Shown here piece after piece: positions 11,540 through 59,444 of a DNA stretch of 64,000 bases. The first letter of the stretch is position 1; each line of letters opens with the position of its first letter. The notes under the pieces were generated by a model. It did no database searches. It had not been told where the DNA came from and worked only from the letters and a program-made list of their open reading frames with translations. The position numbers and the translations under genes are program-made. This DNA is from Octopus sinensis (taxonomy: Eukaryota): NCBI RefSeq assembly GCF_006345805.1, contig NC_043014.1, positions 38,254,001 to 38,318,000 on the forward strand, read 5' to 3'.

Positions 11540-13622
11540 AATAGTGACAATGTTTGAATGTTTACACTATATATTACATTGACTTGAATATCAGAAAATA
11601 CAGTGTGTGTGTATGTATGTATGAATGCATGTATTTATGTATGTATCAATAACGTTTGTATAATATTATATAACTGCATTGTGTTTTTGTCTTTCATGTT
11701 ATGGTTTTTAGATTTAAATAGTTTAAAATATTCTTCTCCAGACATGAATTGGCAATTTTTATGAAATGAGTTTTAAAACTAAAATAATCTTTTATTTTAA
11801 TATAGAAGTATACAGCTCAGTCAACTAACTCAAGAAATATGAGTTCAGCAATTCAGAAGCTGAAATATTGAGTAATAATCCAATTTTCTTAAAAAAAAAA
11901 AATCTATAGGTTTATTCCAAAGTATGTATTTATAAAATTCATTAAATTAAGTTAAAAATGAAACATGTGATATATGGGGAATGGAATAATTAAAAATTAT
12001 GAATTCTATTTTAACTGTTCTTTCTTCTTTTTCTTTATGTTATGTATGTGTATGTATGCAGTAAGATACACTTATAAATATATTTAATAAACTCTCAAGC
12101 ATGTCTGTATCAAAAGCAAAAAATGGAAACATGTTTTTGAAAAACCACGTGTTTTGTCTGGTTGGCAAGAGCATTTGAGAACGTAAGCCTCTTCAGGTGT
12201 ATACTCCACTTAGTCATGTGTGCAGACTTCAAACACGCACTTTCAAATACATAACTTACTTTCAAGAATAAAAAACAGAAAGTATACAAGTAGGAAACAA
12301 TACAGAGTGAAAGGGTCTATTGTCTTTTTTTAATGTTCTGTTAAAAAGCTCAAAAGCAAATGTACCACCATTAACCTAGTTTAACAGAATAGACAAGTGA
12401 GAAAATCAAAAATTTTTTTGTAGGTTAACATTGAAATGCTTATGGAAATCAAACATATTGTTAGGTTGCTGAACTAACAATGGCCGATAGCTAAACAAGG
12501 CTAAAATAATGGCCATGGGAAGACTTAAACAAGGAAGTGTAGAGAAATATAAAAATAAAAATGATGTATATTTCAAATGTGTATGTGTGAGGTGGGGTGT
12601 ATGTTAATATTTGAATTGAAATGAAAATCTAGGTTTTGAGAATAAATCTATTTATAATATCTATCTATTCATCTGTCTATATATATATACATACATATTC
12701 AAAATAAATGAATACATATATACATACATACTCAAAATAAATATATATAGATACTCAATATAAATATATGGTTCCTTTGAGCATTGTATTTTAAGTAACG
12801 AGATAAGATACAAATGATGGTACCTAAACTCAGAAATTTTCTCTCTCTCTCTTGAACACATTTTCTTTCTCTCATTCATTCACTCAAGGCATTCATAGAC
12901 TATTTTATAGATATGACATTAGTAAAGCTTGTCAATTGGTTTAAAAAAAAAAAAAAAACAAAACAAAACAAAAATGCCATATAACTGAGACATGCGGAAT
13001 AACAATAGAAATCAGGAGTTTAGATAGGTGGTAAGTCTTCATTCATTTTGCTTGGGTCGTTAAAAAAAAAAAGCTGAAATTTTAAATGGTGGGTAGGAGA
13101 TAATTTTTCTGGTGGATTGAGTTAGAGTTGGGCTTAAAATCAAAATGTCATCATTGTTATTGTAATCATTTACAATTAATTTAATAATTATTCATTACAG
13201 TAAGAACAATGGACTGAGAAAGCATTTTAAGTTTCAAATAGTTCATCACAAAAATTTGTGGTTTAGGCTGGATGGATGAGAAAAATGGATGGATTCAAAG
13301 ATTTTAAACAAGTGAAGATAATCTTTGGATTATAGTTAGTATGTATGGCTCTTACAAGAACGATGGTCAGTTGATAGTCATGATATGGCAGAGCAGGCAA
13401 AGAATAAATGAGTGGAAGGTACATTGTTTGTTTGTTTGTTTTTAGACTAGAATAATGAAGGAATTTGTAAAAAGTATAAAAGAGGAAATGAGTAAGAGAA
13501 ATGAGAAAGATAAAGATGTGGAAGATGAAAAGAGAAAAGAGATGAAGAGAAATTGTCATTTTGATGGTGGAAGGAAAAGACTTTTGTCAGTTTTTGTAAT
13601 TTTTTTTTTTTAATATTTTGTT

Positions 13623-47307
<33,685 letters not shown>

Positions 47308-47437
47308 CTATGGGAGAAATAAAAAAACAAAAATATTTCAGTGTTTTTCAAAACAAGAAAAAGGAAGGAAGAAACAAGCAAAAAACCTTGAGAGCCAGAA
47401 TAATAAACTCAACAGGATGGATGTGGAAGTGTGCATG

Positions 47438-47446
<9 letters not shown>

Positions 47447-47471
<25 letters not shown>

Positions 47472-47937
47472 CATACATATACATGCATATATATATACAT
47501 ACATATATATATATAGATACATACATATATATACATACATACATATACATATATATACATAGATATACATACATACATATACATAGATACATATATATAC
47601 ATACATACACATACATATATATACATAGATACATATATATACATACATACACATACATATATATACATACATACACACACACACACACATATACATACAT
47701 ACACACACACACATATACATACATACACACACACACATATACATACATACACACACACACACATATATATACATACATACATACACACACACACATATAT
47801 ATACATACATACATACACACACATATATATATACATACATACATACATACATACATACACACACACACACCACACACACACACATATATATATATATTAT
47901 ATATATATATATATAAACACACACACACACACACACA
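47447..47937. repeat. Compound (TA)/(CATA)/(CA) microsatellite
   Basis: Direct reading. Confidence 0.95.
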
Positions 47938-48440
47938 AAATCATGTTTTGAGTTCTATTTTCCTGTTTACAGTGTCAAACCTGTATATCTATAGGAAAAG
48001 TTATTTCCTAATGAAATGGACATGAGAGGAAATAAAAGTCATGTTGTGAATTCCAGTCACCAGAATTTTGTTGCCTTCATACAACATACAGCATTTGCAA
48101 AGATGAATATATTCAGGATTACATACATACACTATGATTGAAAAACAACAACAATAGGACAGTGACAGCTAAAATGCCTTTGATCATAGATACATGTTCA
48201 ACCACTATCAACCCAGAGTTAAATAGCATCTCTTATTTAAATAGGATGGAAACAGAACAGATTTTGATAGTCTTGTTGAGTTTATCTGAGAATTTGTAAA
48301 AAAAAAAATTTTTTTAAATTTTTACCATGATATTTACCATGACTGTAATAAAAATCACTAAAAAATAACAATGCATTCAAATAAAATATTTTGGTGCTCC
48401 ACCTTCTTATGACATATTAATTTTAGTAAAAACTTTATTA

Positions 48441-48472
<32 letters not shown>

Positions 48473-50110
48473 GTCACTATTATTATTATTAATATTTTGT
48501 CATTTTTATTTGTTTTGGCCACATTTTCATTAAACAGGACCAAAATAAAATTTAGTGTGCCATTTGTGTCAAGCAGCTGTGGTCTGGTAATGTCATCAAT
48601 AAACATGGATGCAGGCATAAAAAGTTATGCCCATACACACTCACAAATACAAAGACAATAGGTTTTTGGTTGAGGTCAAAGTGCAGAGACAGACAACAAA
48701 GGCAACTATGAACATCAAAGCTATGGTCAATAACTTTGATGATATGGATAATAGTAGTATTAATATGGATGATGACAATAATGATGTAATAATATTGTTG
48801 TTAAAACAAAAACAGCAAAACCCCTGTAGCTTAACAATTATTAAAACATATCGTCAACAAAACTTTTTTTTTTTTTTTAAAGTGACAAAAAAATAGCAAA
48901 AAAAAAAAAGCATGAGAACAATAGAAATTAATGCTCAAAGAACTCAAAGTTATTTTGAAACTACAATGATGAAGATGAGAACAGAAAAATATTTAGAAAC
49001 CATTTATAAAAGTGAAGATGGGTGATACTGAAGTCAAAAATATGAATTTTGTATGACTGTATGTGAGTATATATTTGCAAAGATGAATATATTCATGATT
49101 ACATCAATACATACATACATAATACACTATAACTGTATGTGAGTATATATTGATTAGAGTATATATTAATTAGAGTATATATTGATTAGCAGTTTTGAGA
49201 TATACAGAATATTAAACAAGAAATTCCTGACAAATAAACATCATCATCTCTTTTGCTTTCTAGGCAAAATGTGCTGGTGTTTATATTAAATGATTTCGGT
49301 AAGCAAGTTTTCCACCCTACAAATTAAAATATTAACTCATAGTTGTAAAATAAGTAAAAGATTTATATTTCAACTTTCCTTAAATGGATCAATGAGTAAA
49401 TTTTTTTTGCCATTTCAGACCTTTTATTTAATATAAAAATATGTATAATATCACTATCATAGTCATTTAATGTCCACCTTCCATGCTAGCATGGGTGGGA
49501 CAACAATTCATATAATATATTAATTGTTGATATATACATACATACATTCATTATATATACATCATCATCACCATTTAACATTCATATTCTTGTCCACCCT
49601 GCTGAGTAGTCAGTGTTAGGAAGGGCATCCAGCTGTAAAAACCATGCCAAAACAGACACAGAAGTCTGGTGCAGGCCAGCTCCAGTCAAACTGTCCAACC
49701 CATGCCGGCATGGAAGGCAGACATTAAATGATAATGATGATGATGATTCCATGTTAGCACAGATTCGACAGGCTCCAATGAGCAAGAGGGTTGCATTAGG
49801 TTCCAGTGTCTATGGCAAGGTTTCTATAGCTGGATGCTTTTCCCATGTCAACCACTTTACAATGGTTTTGTGTGGCACCAGCACTACTGGGTTTCACATC
49901 CATAAAACACTTAACTTTACAGCATTTCTTAACCCCATGATGCTGAAGAAATGCTGTAAAGCTAAGCCCTTTATGGACATAAAACCCAGGCTAACCCCAC
50001 AGACCAGCATATCTATATATGTATATATATGCATTCTACTTCTCTATAACTTAAACTGTGCTTCTTTTTGGGGATTTGTTTTACAGACAATATATATATA
50101 TATATATATA

Positions 50111-50499
50111 TCTTTCTCTTTTTAATTGTTTCAGTCATTTTGACTGCGGCCATGCTGGAGCACCGCCTTTAATCAAGCAACTTGACCCCAGGACTTATTC
50201 TTTTGTAAGCCCAGTACTTATTCTATCAGTCTCTTTTGCCGAACCGCTAAGTAACGGGGACATAAACACATCAGCATCGGTTGTCAAGCAATGCTAGGGG
50301 GACAAACACACACACAAACATATAAATTTATATACATATATCTGACAGGCTTCTTTCAGTTTCCGTCTACCAAATCCACTCACAAGGTTTTGGTCGGCCC
50401 GAGGCTATAGTAGAAGACACTCGCCCAAGGTGCCACACAGTGGGACTGAACCCGGAACCATGTGGTTGGTAAACAAGCTACTTACCACACAGCCACTCA
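50111..50499 (-). mobile_element. SINE family A, near full length
   Basis: Reverse complement of the family-A consensus throughout. Confidence 0.85.
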
Positions 50500-50556
50500 T
50501 ATATATATATCGATTCGATTCGATTCGTTTCTTCTTCTTCTCCAAGCTGGTTTATG

Positions 50557-50592
<36 letters not shown>

Positions 50593-51738
50593 GTGAGTGT
50601 GCTTGCATACATGCATATATTCACTCACAAGCAGGTGGTTAAATAATGCTTATAGAAGCAGAAATAAATGGGTAGAAGGTAAGAATGGAAACCCAACATA
50701 AGGTGATTGAAAGGCAATACCTAAAAAAGAGGTGAGATGAAAGCAGCTGGATGAAGTAAATCAATTGAGATTATGTGTGTATGCATGTTTGTGTATTTGT
50801 ATCCTTTCATATTTGTATATATGTACTAGAGAATATATTTATGTGTGCATGTATGTACAAATATATACTTTTATGTATGTCTATATAAGTAAGTGTGCCT
50901 GCGAGTGTATTTACTTTATGAGGTAGTGCTGTTTGTTGTTCTTTTTTATACAATGGAGCAGATGGTAGCCACTTGCCTCTATTGTTATGGTTTCTTACAC
51001 TGACACAGAGACATAAATTGAAGGGGACAGGTATAACTCCCTTCTTCCATCCCTCCCTCCCTCCTTCTCTCCGTCCTTCCTTCCTTCCCACCCCAGCACA
51101 TACTAGTCTGGTATCTCTCTCTTCATTCTATGTACACCATTTCGAGGGGGTGTAAGGTAAAGTAAATCCCAACAGTCCTACATAACTACAACACCAACAA
51201 CAACATCAACAAGAACAGCAAAGAACCAAAGGGAGATGCCTTTTATGTGGTTCACAAGATATACTAGAAACAGCAGTCCTGTTTTCCTCAAATTGCACAC
51301 TACTGTTTTAAGTAAGGGCATATATTGGCCAATGTAGTCATCATAGATATATTATGTCTCAAAGGCTGGACGGTCATTTCTGGAATGCCGTCCATCATAG
51401 ATTGACTTAATTAGAGCACACCTGGGAGATAAGCAGCAGTAGCAGCGCCATTAAATAAGAATCTGAATAACAATGAGTTACAATAACAGCAACAATCACA
51501 GCTGACAAAAATGATTCAACTGATAACAATGCTATTGTCAGCAACATCAATAACCCAAATCCTGCCTCTTTATAATGACACACAAGCTCCTTTAGCTACC
51601 GAGGTTAATGTCATTAAATGAGGGATGTAATAAGGAGCAAAGGGGAAGGCCCAGGTAGTGTGTGTGTGTGTGTGTGTGTGTATTTGCTATAGGGAGATGT
51701 GGACCTATTATTATCTCTTATATTATCATCATTTAATA

Positions 51739-52130
51739 AGGCGGTGAGCTGACAGAAACGTTAGCAAGCCAGGCGAAATGCTTAGTGGTATTTCATCTGT
51801 CTTTACGTTCTGAGTTCAAATTCCGCCGAGGTCGACTTTGCCTTTCATCCTTTCGGGGTCGATAAATTAAGTACCAGTTATGCACTGGGGTCAATATAAT
51901 CGACTTAATCCGTTTGTCTGTCCTTGTTTGTCCTTTCTGTGTTTAGACCCTTGTGGGTAGTAAAGAAATAGGTATTTCATCTGTCTTTATGTTCCAAGTT
52001 CAGATTCTGCCGATGTCGACATTGCCTTCCATCCTTTTGGAGGTCGATAAATTAAGTACCAGTTGTGCAATAGGGTTGATCGAATCAACTGCCCCCCACT
52101 CTCCCCAAAAATTTTGGGCCTTATGCCTAG
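51739..52130 (+). mobile_element. SINE family B dimer
   Basis: Junction GGTAT at 51971-51975; second unit diverged, with a different tail. Confidence 0.8.
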
Positions 52131-52294
52131 AGTAGAAAAGATTATCATCATTTAATGCCCTCTTTTCCATGACTGCATGGGTCAGCTGGAATTTGTCGTT
52201 GTCAACATTCATCTATGAATTCAAGTTTTGCAGATTTCTAGGCTTGTTCAAACAGTAGGTATGAATACATAAAAAATTCTGTAAAAGACAAAAA

Positions 52295-52680
52295 GTGCAG
52301 GCCTTGCTGTGTGGTAAGAAGCTTGCTTCCCAACCACATAGTTTCGGGTTCAGTCTCACTGTGTGATACCTTGGGCAAGTATCTTCTACTATAGTCTCGG
52401 GCTGACCAAAGACTTGTGGGTGGGTTTGGTAGACAGAAATTGAAAGCCCATTAAGTATATATGTATGTATGTAGGTACGTATGTCTATATCTTTGTGTCA
52501 GTGTTTGTTCCCCTATCACCAATTGACAACTGGTGTTGGTGTGTTTACATTCAGTTTGGCAAAATACCCCGACAGAATAAGTACTAGGCTTAAATAATAA
52601 GTTCTGGGTTTGATCTGCTTGACTAAAATCCTTCAAACAGCACCACAGCATGGTCACAGTTAAAGTAAAAGAGAAACAAA
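52295..52680 (+). mobile_element. SINE family A copy (diverged)
   Basis: Head and tail similarity. Confidence 0.7.
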
Positions 52681-53172
52681 AAAATGTTCAGTTATTAAAC
52701 CAAATTCTTGTTGCCACCCCAGCATCTAAGAAAAGTTTTTTTCCTGTATAAACCCCTAAAAATTCTATATCATAGTTTATTGCCTGAACCTGTCACAATA
52801 CAGGCTAAACCTGAAATCACAGTGCCTGTATTGCTTCAACACTTAACTTTCCCATATCTTGCACAAGGTCAGATAAAAGTATGTTGGGCCGGGGTTTTCT
52901 ATGGCCAGTGCCTCTCTTCGTTGGCAACTCCCCTTTTGTTTCCAAGCAAGATAATAAATAATTTCACTGACCAGCGGACAACATATAGTTTAGACACATT
53001 TTGAGTGGAGACCAGGAAACAAACAGCACGGTATCAACAAGCCTTTTGTTTACAAAGATTTCGTAATATGTTACGATATGTCAAGACATCTGGACATGCT
53101 TTTTTGCTAATGATACCATTTACAACCGGCAAGTGCAAAACACATGAAGACAAGGGAAATATAAACTCACTC

Positions 53173-53211
<39 letters not shown>

Positions 53212-54727
53212 TTTTCATTCACCTCTATTTTAGAGTGTTCCGCTTCATTTTAATGAATGCTTTGTGGAAGTTAGTAAGTATGTTGTTTCAGTTATTTCTG
53301 TTTCAATTCATGATAATTTTTAGAATAACTTCTCTCTTACCCCCCCCTCTCTCTATTTCTCTCTGCCTCCTACCGCACTATCACCACATTTTAATTAATG
53401 GACTGGCGGCTGTTTCTCATTGTTCTGGGATCATAAACCTTAACACTTGGCTGGATATCACATAACAGTAGTATGGGTGATGTTGATGGTGGTGGTGATG
53501 ATGGCGGAGGAGGCAGTGGTGGTGGTGATGGTTAACAAAAATAACTTGGCTTATGACTCTCCCACCCACACCCATATACATTATCCAACCCCGCCCCCAG
53601 GCAAATGCAGTAACACATGTTGGCAAGTATGTGTGTATTTGTTTGTATGCTTGCAAATAGGTATAGCAAACCAACTGACTGCATAGTTGTCTATATAGTT
53701 ATATAAGGTACTATATGTACGTATTAAGTAATAACTTCGTACACACATTATAAGAAGTCTAGACATAGCTGTGCGCTTAAGAAACACACTTTGCAATGAC
53801 ATGATTTCAGGTTCAGTCTCAGTGTCCAGCACTTTGGGCCAGCCAATGCCCTGTGAGTGAATTTGGAAGACAGAAATTATGTGGAATCCCATCTCGTGCC
53901 TGTATGTATGTATGTATGTATGTGTGTGTTTCTGTATGTGTCATCTGCCCTCATCTTTACTACCCAACTGCTTGGCAACCGGTGTTGGTTTATTTACATC
54001 CTCATAGCTTAGCTGTCTGGCAAAAAAAAGAGACTGATAGAATAATTACCAGACTATCTCATCCACACTGGCATGGACTGGATGGTTTGACAGGATCCGG
54101 TGTGCTTGCAGAACTCTGTTGAGCTCCAATGGTTGGATGCCCTTCCCGATGACAACCACTAACAAAGTACACTGGATGCTCCCACCACCACCACCACCAC
54201 CACCACTCACAACACTAGCACTGAGGTCTTTCTTGACTGGGTGAGGGTGTATTTGAGAGAGGGGGCAGTGGCTTAATGTTGAGGGCAAAAGTATGGTAGA
54301 GGGATAAGCGTAGGTGTCTTACCATAGAGGAGATATATCGCTAATCCACATCACATATGGGTAGGTAGGCAGGTGGGAATAGCTGACATAAGGGTAGGTA
54401 TGTGGGAGGCTATGATGGTGATGACAGAGTATCAGAGCATACCTTCAAGATACAAGAAGGTGAACACAAGAAGAGGACACCGACAGTGGAATGGAGTGGG
54501 GTGCAAAGGAGAGCAGGGGTAGAGGAGAATGTAGCGAGTGATGGACAAGGGTGGACGTGCAGTTGTTGGAAATTTGGAAAACACCACTATGGAGCAGGAG
54601 AGAGAGAGAAATAGAGAGAGACAGAGAGAGAGAGAGAGAGAAATAGAGAGAGAGAGAGAAAGAGTGAGTGAGAGAGAGAGAGAGAAAGAGAGAGAGGGAA
54701 AGAGTGTGAGGGAGAGAGAGGGAAAGA

Positions 54728-54762
<35 letters not shown>

Positions 54763-55143
54763 GAATATAGATTAGATCTTTCGAAAAATGTGCCCACAAC
54801 AAAATATATATTCATAATTATTCACACCATTTGCAGATAGAAATAATAGGTGAACACACCCTGATTGGTGACATGACAGTCATATGACAATGACAACAGA
54901 CCATGTAAATGACAGATGGTTATGATCTTATTAAATGTATACAAAGGATATCCGCTCATCCACTCAAAATGTTACCTGATTTCATAGATAATACATACCA
55001 TCACTAGTCATAACATGTGCATGTACATGCCTCACTAGATATATGACATAGATGTACGTTATTATCACAGTATATCAAACGAAGAATGCTAGCGATGTAT
55101 ATGCTTAGAGTAAATGTATGCAACAGATATACATTCCCACGAG

Positions 55144-55192
<49 letters not shown>

Positions 55193-55194
<2 letters not shown>

Positions 55195-55590
55195 CATAGG
55201 AGTGGCTGTGTGGTAAGGAGCTTGCTTCCCAACCACATGGTTCCGGGTTCAGTCCCACTGCGTGGCACCTTAGGTAAGTGTCTTCTACTATTGCCTCAGG
55301 CCGACCAAAGCCTTGCAAGTGGATTTGGTAGACAGAAACTGAAAGAAGCCTGTTGTATATATGTATATATAATATATGTATATATTTACATATTATATAA
55401 ATACAAAATGGGACAAGAACGCAAAACATCCGGAAAACTAGGTGATACAAAAAGGGACAACCAAACATCCAGATAGACGATATATTTATATGTATGTATG
55501 TGTGTGTCTGTGTTTGTCTCCACACTATCGCTTGACTTGTGTTTACATACCCGTAACTTAGCAGTTCGTCAAAAGACACCAATAAAATAT
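55193..55590 (+). mobile_element. SINE family A copy with an extra insert in the linker
   Basis: GGCATAGGAGTGGCTGTGTGG head; partial tail. Confidence 0.75.
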
Positions 55591-55787
55591 TAAAATTAAT
55601 ATGCTGGGGTGTTAAACATATTAGCTATCTCGTTGAAAGAGGTGCCCTAGAGCATAATTATGGTTTATATCTGAAACTAGTGAAAGACTAGAAAAGGGTC
55701 ACTCAATCTGAGAAATCTGTGGTGCTATTTACAATCATAAGTGTTTTGGTTGTAGTATTAAGATTATGAGGTTCATAGTTATGGTAT

Positions 55788-56194
55788 TCTTTTAATTGTC
55801 TCAGTCATTTGACAGTGGCCATGCTGGAGTACCACCTTTAGTCAAACAAATTGACCCCAGGACTTATTCTTTGTAAGCCTAGTACTTATTCTTTGGTTTC
55901 TTTTGCTGAACCGCTAAGTTACGGTGACGTAAACACACCAACATCAGTTGTCAAGCCATGGGGGTGGGGGCAAACACAGACATACACACATATATACAGA
56001 TATATATATATATACATACACACATATATATATGAGCTTCTTTCAGTTTCCATCTACCAAATCCACTCACAAGGTTTTGGCCAGCCCAAAGCTGTATTAG
56101 AAGACACTTGCTCAAGGTGTCACACAGTGGGACACTGAACCCGGAACTATGTGGTTGGGAAGCAAACTTCTTACCACACAGCCACTCCTGCACC
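55788..56194 (-). mobile_element. SINE family A copy
   Basis: Reverse complement of the family-A head and tail. Confidence 0.8.
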
Positions 56195-56645
56195 AAAGTA
56201 TAATAAAATTATGGGCAGGAAAGGTTTTAGAAGTCTTCTTGTTTATGTCACTATAGGAAATCAACAAACTTCAAAACAACATGAATATCAATATGTTGCT
56301 AACAAGCACGTGTTTATGAGTCTGTGTGTTTGTGTGTGTGTGTGGTGGATTCTGGGTGTATAAATATTGTGTTTAAGGTTACAAAGACTGAAAATTCATT
56401 GTACAAACACCCATCCTTGATTCACTTTATACACTGAAACAGCAAAGCTTATAAAAAAAATTAAAAATAGAAGCAAAAGAAAAAAAATCCCATTCAAAAT
56501 ACAAATATAGTTTTGATAGGAGACAGCATTTCCTAAAGATCAGAACAGGACAACAACAACAATAATAATAATAATAATAATAATTTGTTTATGTTTATGT
56601 TTTCCAGTTTCAGCTCTTGAGCTGTGGCCATGCTGGGGCACCGCC

Positions 56646-56690
<45 letters not shown>

Positions 56691-57489
56691 CCTTTCTACT
56701 AAAGGCACAAGGCCTGAAATTTAGGGAAAGGGGACTAGTTGATATTATCGACCCCCAGTGTTTCACTGATACTTATAATGATTCTACCAGCTTGCCGCCT
56801 TAATAATAATAATGGGAAGAGGGAAACAAAATATACAAGATGCTATACTTTGAAAGATAATGATTAAAAAATATATATAGCAAAATAGAAAAATAGTCAA
56901 TTCATAAAAACAAAAACAAAAAAATAAAAATGTTTAACATTAAACAAACTTTATAGATTGCTATGTAGTTTGGTCAATAAGGCTTGATCGGATTGACAGC
57001 TCTTTGAGGATGACAATTCTAGGAATATCAAAAGGGGGAAGTGAGATGATGATGACAATTATGACTACAGATGATGACATCAGTACAGTATACTACATTC
57101 ATCTATTCATTCATGTTGCGTATATGCATCTGTCTATGACATCTTTCTCTCTCTCTCTCTCTTGCTCTGCTCGTATGACACACTTTAAACCAATCCTGTT
57201 TTTTTTCACTAATAAATGCCTGCTGCTTACCACACACAGCTCAACTTCCTTCCTTGCTATTTCTGTATCCCCATCGAATTCTAACTTGTAGCAATTTAGA
57301 AGTGGTACCAACCTCATTCAACCCACACTTGGTTGTCTATCCCAAATTCTTGCAGTTTCAAGAGTATAAAGCCAACAGTAGAAATGGTTGGCGATATTAC
57401 CTAACCAGAACCGTATATTTTAGAGTTCAAATCTACAGCAGATATTTCCATTTAGTTCAATGAGCAAGGAGTTCACACAGATGTCCTGG

Positions 57490-57706
57490 CAGAATCGTTA
57501 GCACGCCAGGCGAAATGCTTAGCGGTATTTCGTCTGCCGTTAGGTTGTGAGTTCAAATTCCGCTGAGGTCTACTTTGCCTTTCATCCTTTCAGGGTCGAT
57601 AAATTAAGTACCAGTTACACACTGGGGGTCGATGTAATCGACTTAATCCGTTTGTCTGTTCTTGTTTGTCCCCTCTATGTTTAGCCCCTTGTGGGTAGTA
57701 AAGAAA
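57490..57706 (+). mobile_element. SINE family B copy
   Basis: Near-consensus. Further partial copies at ~9190-9380, 17070-17275, 33830-34050, 56680-56800 and 62895-63050 (all minus strand). Confidence 0.85.
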
Positions 57707-58368
57707 CATATAGCTACAAAAAATCTCTCTCACACACACACACACGATGCACAATACAGCATGGATCAGAAATACTGAAATTAAATATTAGAAAGCCTCT
57801 AACTGTGATAAAGAACTCAATGTGAACATTCCTTCAATGCTTTCAATGTGCAGAAAAGAGGAAGTCGGTCACCTGACTGACTCTTTCAGGATTTGTTGAT
57901 CATGTGTATGTCTGTGTGGCTGTAGCAGGAAATACAATTCAAAGCTGCACCAAGGAATAAATATTTCTTTGTTATTGTGTTTTAAGCCCTTTCACATCCC
58001 ATTTATCAGACTGGCATACATTAGGTGGCAGGGGTTCTATCGTTTTCACAAACAACGGATAAAACATATCAAAAGGGAACCAGGAAATAGTCATTCCATT
58101 GCATAATGGCATTTCTCAGCCTTTTCATATCCTATTTACCAAACTAGCTGGCATTAGTTTGGAAGCTTCCTTTTCAAGGTTTCAAATTCACATACATTGT
58201 TTTCTACGTGATTTCGTTGGCTGCTTTTTAACATTACTGGACCTCTCCCCGCACAGACAAAAAAAAAACGTGATATTCACGTGACTTGATTGGTAGAGTG
58301 GTCAGCTTTTTGTTGTATTCGCTTTTTTTTCCATAGTTTCTTCTAATGTTAAAATAACTGCTGGACTA

Positions 58369-58414
<46 letters not shown>

Positions 58415-59444
58415 GTGATATTGATTCTTTTTGTTTAAGTTAGACTCTAGCAACTATATTTAATGCTGCATTGTTTAGTTAGAGGGGGAAAAAAACAAAA
58501 GAACATCAATGATAGAAATCTATTATGATTTACTTGATGGGAATCTATTTTTAAGCCTGATGAATGCATAGGAAGTTCAGATGGCTAGACGTCAATTTAG
58601 TAATGCTAATAAGTATTGTAGTAATGTAAGAGGATGTAAGAGTGACTGTATCTTTGGCAATGGGATGTAACCATCATGACAATGCAAAAAGAAAAAAAAA
58701 AGCAATAAGGTAAATCTACTGTTGTTGATAAACAGAGTACTGAATAGTAATGATACTTAAGACTCAATAAATGGCTTTGTCTATATCACTGTAAATAGAT
58801 AACATAAGTGAAACAACTTGCTGTAACCTGTTACAAGGAGCAAAGATTAATGTGGAAGTAAACTATGCGCAAATTTCCCAATGGTTTTTGAAGAGAAAGC
58901 AACTGAAAATCCATTTTTACAACTGTGGTTTGCAACCCTAAGAGTATATGCGAGAAGAAAGGTTAACGTTCCCTAAATTCAGGAGATGATCTTGAGGTTG
59001 TGAAAAAATTTTATTCTGGTTTAATTCTATTTTAAAGTTTGAAAAATAAAAGTTTCCACACAGATCCAAAAGTAAAAAAATAGAGACAAAATGAGATTCA
59101 AGAATCAGAACAGAAAAACTCACTGTTTCTTACTATTGGAGATAGCAACGACAGACAAGCTGTACAGGTAAAGCTTACATTAGTGAGTCTAAGGTAGGGG
59201 GAATAACATTGAGGGCAATTATAACACCACTACACCAGAACCTCTACTCTTGAGAGCTACTATACTACAAGGAATGGCTCTTTCAGATAATTAGATGGAA
59301 TCTCTTCAATGATGTGCCAAAAAACCTATATGATAGTTAAAATATTAAATGTCTTTGGTTTTCTCTACAGAAGAAGCAAAAAGGTATTTAGTATTTTGTT
59401 AATCAAATAGTATTTAATTATTTTACACCTTAAAATTAAGAGTT

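Noticed and set aside
49790-49830. ALGSSVYGKVSIA in ORF 49613..50125, resembling the missing kinase Gly-rich loop
   Set aside because: Wrong strand for NUAK, and it lies in a reverse-oriented RTE-like tail; coincidental.
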